Of a stretch of 64,000 nucleotides of DNA, positions 61,901-64,000 are shown piece after piece. The notes below the pieces were generated by a model. That model saw only the letters and a list, made by a program, of their open reading frames with translations, searched no databases and had not been told where the DNA came from. The stretch is taken from NCBI GenBank assembly GCA_963707565.1, contig CAVPQN010000002.1:401756-465755 (forward strand). Reading direction: 5' to 3'. Source of the stretch: an uncultured Gammaproteobacteria bacterium (GTDB taxonomy: Bacteria > Pseudomonadota > Gammaproteobacteria > Steroidobacterales > Steroidobacteraceae). The translations under genes and the position numbers were made by a program. Position 1 is the stretch's first letter, and each line of letters begins with the position of its first letter.

Positions 61901-64000
61901 GCACGGTGCAGTCGTCAGGACGTTGTCCCATACCGTGCACTATGCCAACCAGGTGGCTCGCGCCGAGCTGGTGCCCGAAGAGTCGGTGCTGGTGGCCGAT
62001 GGCCTGCAGCGCCCGGTGATCGCAGTGCGCATGCTGGATCGCAGTGGCCACCCGGTGCGCCACGGCGTGACCGGCGCTTATCGCCTGAATGCGCCCTACG
62101 TGGCCGCGCCACAGCTTGATGGCGAGCAGCAGCGACAACTGGCTGGCCTCGATCGCCACTCGCCCACCTTCCGTATCGAGGGTGACAATGGCGTGGCCTA
62201 TATCGAACTGGCACCGACCACGGCCAGTGGCAGCGTGGTGCTGGGCTTCAGCTTCCCGCGGGATGAGCGCACCACGCACAACGCAGAGTTGCGGGTCTGG
62301 CTTGAGGCGCAGCCGCGCGACTGGGTGGTGGTCGGCTTCGCTGCGGGAACCGTCGCCTACAACACCCTGAGCGGCAACATGCAGGCGCTTGCGGGATCGG
62401 GCGAGGAGGACGGCGGATACACCGACGGCCAGGTGAGCCTGTATGCCAAGGGCCAGGTGCTCGGCAAGTGGCTGCTGACGCTCGCCTATGACTCCAGCAA
62501 GCCCACCGGGCGGCAGGGCCGCAGCAGCGTGCTTTCGACCATCGACCCGAATTCCTTCTACACGCTTTATGGTGATGGCAGCGGCCAGCTTTACGATGGC
62601 GCGAGCGCCGAGAAGCTGTACCTGAAGCTGGAACGCGACCAGTTCTATGCGCTGGTGGGTGACTACGAGACCGGCCTCGACCAAACCGAGCTGTCGCGCT
62701 ATAGCCGCACGCTGACGGGCATCAAGAGCGAGTTCCGTGGTGAGCGCATCAGCTTCACCGGCTTTGTTGCCGATACCGCGCAGAATTTTGCCCGCGATGA
62801 GATCCACGGCAACGGCACCTCGGGCCTGTACCGGCTGAGCCGCGGTCGCATCGTCATCAATGGCGAGCAGCTGCGCATCGAGACCCGCGACCGCTTCCGC
62901 TCGGAGATCATCGTCAGCAGCCGCCAGCTCCGGCGCCATCTCGACTACGACATCGACTATGACGCCGGCACGCTTCTCTTCCGCGAGCCGATCAATAGCC
63001 GCGACTTCAACTTCAATCCGATCTTCATCGTTGCCGAGTACGAAACCGTCGGCACTGCTGACAAGCACCTGAATGCGGGTGGTCGTATCGGCGTACAGCT
63101 GCTGGATGACAGGTTGAGTATGGGCGCCACGTTGCTGCGCGATGAGGCGGCACAGGGCAAGTCCAACCTCGGCGGTATCGACGCGAAGTTCCAGATCACC
63201 CCTGAAACTGAATTGCGCATCGAGGGCGCAATGAGTGATGGCTCGCTGTCGAATCGCGATGGCAGCGCCTACCTGGCAGAAGTCGAGCACCATAGCGGGA
63301 CGCTGGATGCGCTGGCCTATGTGCGACGCCAGTCGCCCGGATTCGGCGTGAATCAGCAAAATGCCGCCGAGGGCGGCACGCTCAAGGCCGGCCTCGACGC
63401 CCAGTTGCGCCTGAACGAGTGGCTGGCGGTGCAGGGTCAGGTGTATCGCGAGGAGAATCTGGACAGTGCGACGACGCGTGAAGTTGCAACCACCGGGCTG
63501 GAGTACCGCGGGGAACACTGGGGCGTGCGCGCCGGCGCACAGCTTGCGCAGGACGAGGCGATCACTGGCGAGAAGGCGGAGTCCCGCCAGGTCACGGTGG
63601 GCGCACATCGACGTTTCCTGGACCAGAAACTTGAGCTGATGATGCAGAACGAGTTCAGCCTCGGCGGCGACAATGACAGCGTGGACTTTCCCAGCCGTTA
63701 CCGGCTCGGCGCGGCCTACGCCCTCAGCGAGGATGTGCGCCTGGTGGCTTCCCACGAGATCACCGATGGCGAGGACTTCGACAGCTCGACCACGCGCCTG
63801 GGGGTGGAAGTGAAACCCTGGAAGGGCGCGCGACTGAGCAGCACCCTGAACCAGAGCGAGATTTCGGAATACGGGCCGCGCACGTTTGCGCTGTTCGGCC
63901 TGACCCAGTCCTTGCTGGTGGGTGAGCGTTGGGGTTTTGATCTGTCCACCGATGCCAGTCACACCATGGACCACGCCAGCACCGCACCCCTGGTGATCAA
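58905..64000 (+). CDS. Giant secreted multidomain protein (>1698 aa, 3' end outside window): DUF11 repeats, CarboxypepD_reg-like modules, internal OmpA-like domain, C-terminal beta-barrel-like region
   Basis: By my reading this plus-strand frame stays open from ATG 58905 to the window edge, so it is not in the ORF track. Signal peptide MHASNAGNRWLGITATLLLALVIAPASA. DUF11 core VSAGEFLQYRLTLQNLNTVGAIVNAEISDTLPPGLRY. OmpA block RRIAVVGHTDRQ...LSQARAQTVAQAL...ADRAVNRRVDVIVF. Confidence 0.85.
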   Translation, partial: MHASNAGNRWLGITATLLLALVIAPASAVTISNTATVSFLDGPTPRNITSNTVTLETIPPPAPAIVEFLRFAPGSPGSVATPADGGSCQDGMGAFSPLPPVTDSAGANINVVSAPIFDAASFQLGEAVFVRLTDANRNLDPLLRDFIDLRITTSTGDEEVLRLQETAIDTGMFVTALQGVAMPPAATRFDCRLSVVQGASLLVEYIDILFPADMAQDSALVDPFGVVFDSSTGAPVNGVTVNLLDALTGLPATVFGVDGSSSYPSTVSSGAVVSDASGRSYTQPPGGFQFPVVAPGTYILQVTPPATYGAPSVVALVVLQALLDPAGNPYVVGQGSFGDAFARPAAPGFRVDIPIDPVQTGLLLQKRASTTEVSAGEFLQYRLTLQNLNTVGAIVNAEISDTLPPGLRYQAGSLRIAGQPAADPIISADGQGLTIAVGTLVGGGVVDVSYVVQVSAGAHAGDAINRATATASGGLESNVAVAAVRIREPFFSGQFTIIGRVVEGECNTPWHELKGVPQVRMLLDDGTYVPTDRDGQFHFEGVRPGTHVVQLDLDSLPPELEVTPCLQNSRFAGRSFSQFVEAQGGSLWRTDFYLRRRDGQVGIRLHSALVAEDVGGALAFRMELDGGRVAVQKLAATAQLPEGVSFTPGSARVDGVAVADPVFADGYLTFRLGDPGAHWRHVIEFGGRAAGAVRPGEVREHTLRAQFDSGMASLKPEGAVAVNDLIATLQGTSIRRIAVVGHTDRQLLTAARTKIFADNIVLSQARAQTVAQALARGLGMSMEQFSTDGKGPGEPLVVEDTPADRAVNRRVDVIVFSEDAETIAGLDCPTGGYLSKAVASFVLADKASARTPMAESALACVAVTERSESDSHRQATTVTGAGELLDAAATTQQAQVRRQAIVGSAQAAGAETNWLDQQSPGMAWLFPAAGHNPRAPTQRVVIKHEPGQTVALKYRGQAVDPLNFDGTRSDAAQTVAISSWRGLPLRDGENYFTAEVMDAHGAVVRTLSHTVHYANQVARAELVPEESVLVADGLQRPVIAVRMLDRSGHPVRHGVTGAYRLNAPYVAAPQLDGEQQRQLAGLDRHSPTFRIEGDNGVAYIELAPTTASGSVVLGFSFPRDERTTHNAELRVWLEAQPRDWVVVGFAAGTVAYNTLSGNMQALAGSGEEDGGYTDGQVSLYAKGQVLGKWLLTLAYDSSKPTGRQGRSSVLSTIDPNSFYTLYGDGSGQLYDGASAEKLYLKLERDQFYALVGDYETGLDQTELSRYSRTLTGIKSEFRGERISFTGFVADTAQNFARDEIHGNGTSGLYRLSRGRIVINGEQLRIETRDRFRSEIIVSSRQLRRHLDYDIDYDAGTLLFREPINSRDFNFNPIFIVAEYETVGTADKHLNAGGRIGVQLLDDRLSMGATLLRDEAAQGKSNLGGIDAKFQITPETELRIEGAMSDGSLSNRDGSAYLAEVEHHSGTLDALAYVRRQSPGFGVNQQNAAEGGTLKAGLDAQLRLNEWLAVQGQVYREENLDSATTREVATTGLEYRGEHWGVRAGAQLAQDEAITGEKAESRQVTVGAHRRFLDQKLELMMQNEFSLGGDNDSVDFPSRYRLGAAYALSEDVRLVASHEITDGEDFDSSTTRLGVEVKPWKGARLSSTLNQSEISEYGPRTFALFGLTQSLLVGERWGFDLSTDASHTMDHASTAPLVI

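Noticed and set aside
61029-63974. 981-aa minus-strand ORF, the longest entry in the ORF track
   Set aside because: It is antisense to the plus-strand giant gene. Its translation is Arg/Ala/His/Gly-rich with no recognisable motif. The plus frame carries OmpA-like and barrel-like sequence and, by my reading, stays open over 5 kb. This is a typical high-GC shadow ORF.

Overview
This is a GC-rich, densely coding chromosomal segment with most genes on the minus strand. Gene content and order suggest a gammaproteobacterium of the Xanthomonadales/Nevskiales type, but that is inference only. I saw no rRNA, tRNA, CRISPR array, IS element or phage block.

Most of the window is core housekeeping:
- c-di-GMP enzymes and a CtpA-like protease (0-4.6 kb)
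- tatABC-dtd
- a TRAP transporter
- trkAH
- uvrD
- HIT/EEP/acs
- a complete aa3-type cytochrome oxidase structural and assembly cluster (32.4-41.1 kb)
- bioBFHCD
- comF, ubiCA
- recG-ridA-spoT-rpoZ-gmk
- an AlkA-like glycosylase, and an aminotransferase/BKACE pair

Two loci look accessory.

1. Peptide-scavenging locus (5.6-14.6 kb). Three tandem ACE-like (M2 family) lipoprotein paralogues sit between an OPT and a POT peptide transporter. Two paralogues have lost the zinc-binding motifs. The only catalytically intact copy is split by a frameshift.

2. DUF11 operon (57.0-64.0 kb), the most interesting region. An AT-richer leader with a CRP/Clp-type palindrome precedes three plus-strand genes for secreted DUF11-fold proteins of 158 aa, 366 aa and more than 1698 aa.
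- The giant gene runs off the 3' edge. It is missing from the supplied ORF track, which shows long antisense shadow ORFs there instead.
- It combines DUF11 and carboxypeptidase-regulatory-like modules, an internal OmpA-like peptidoglycan-binding domain, and a C-terminal region that looks like a beta-barrel.
- I propose it is an uncharacterised, chaperone-less surface-fibre or adhesin assembly system.

All family calls rest on motifs I recognised by eye. No database search was run.
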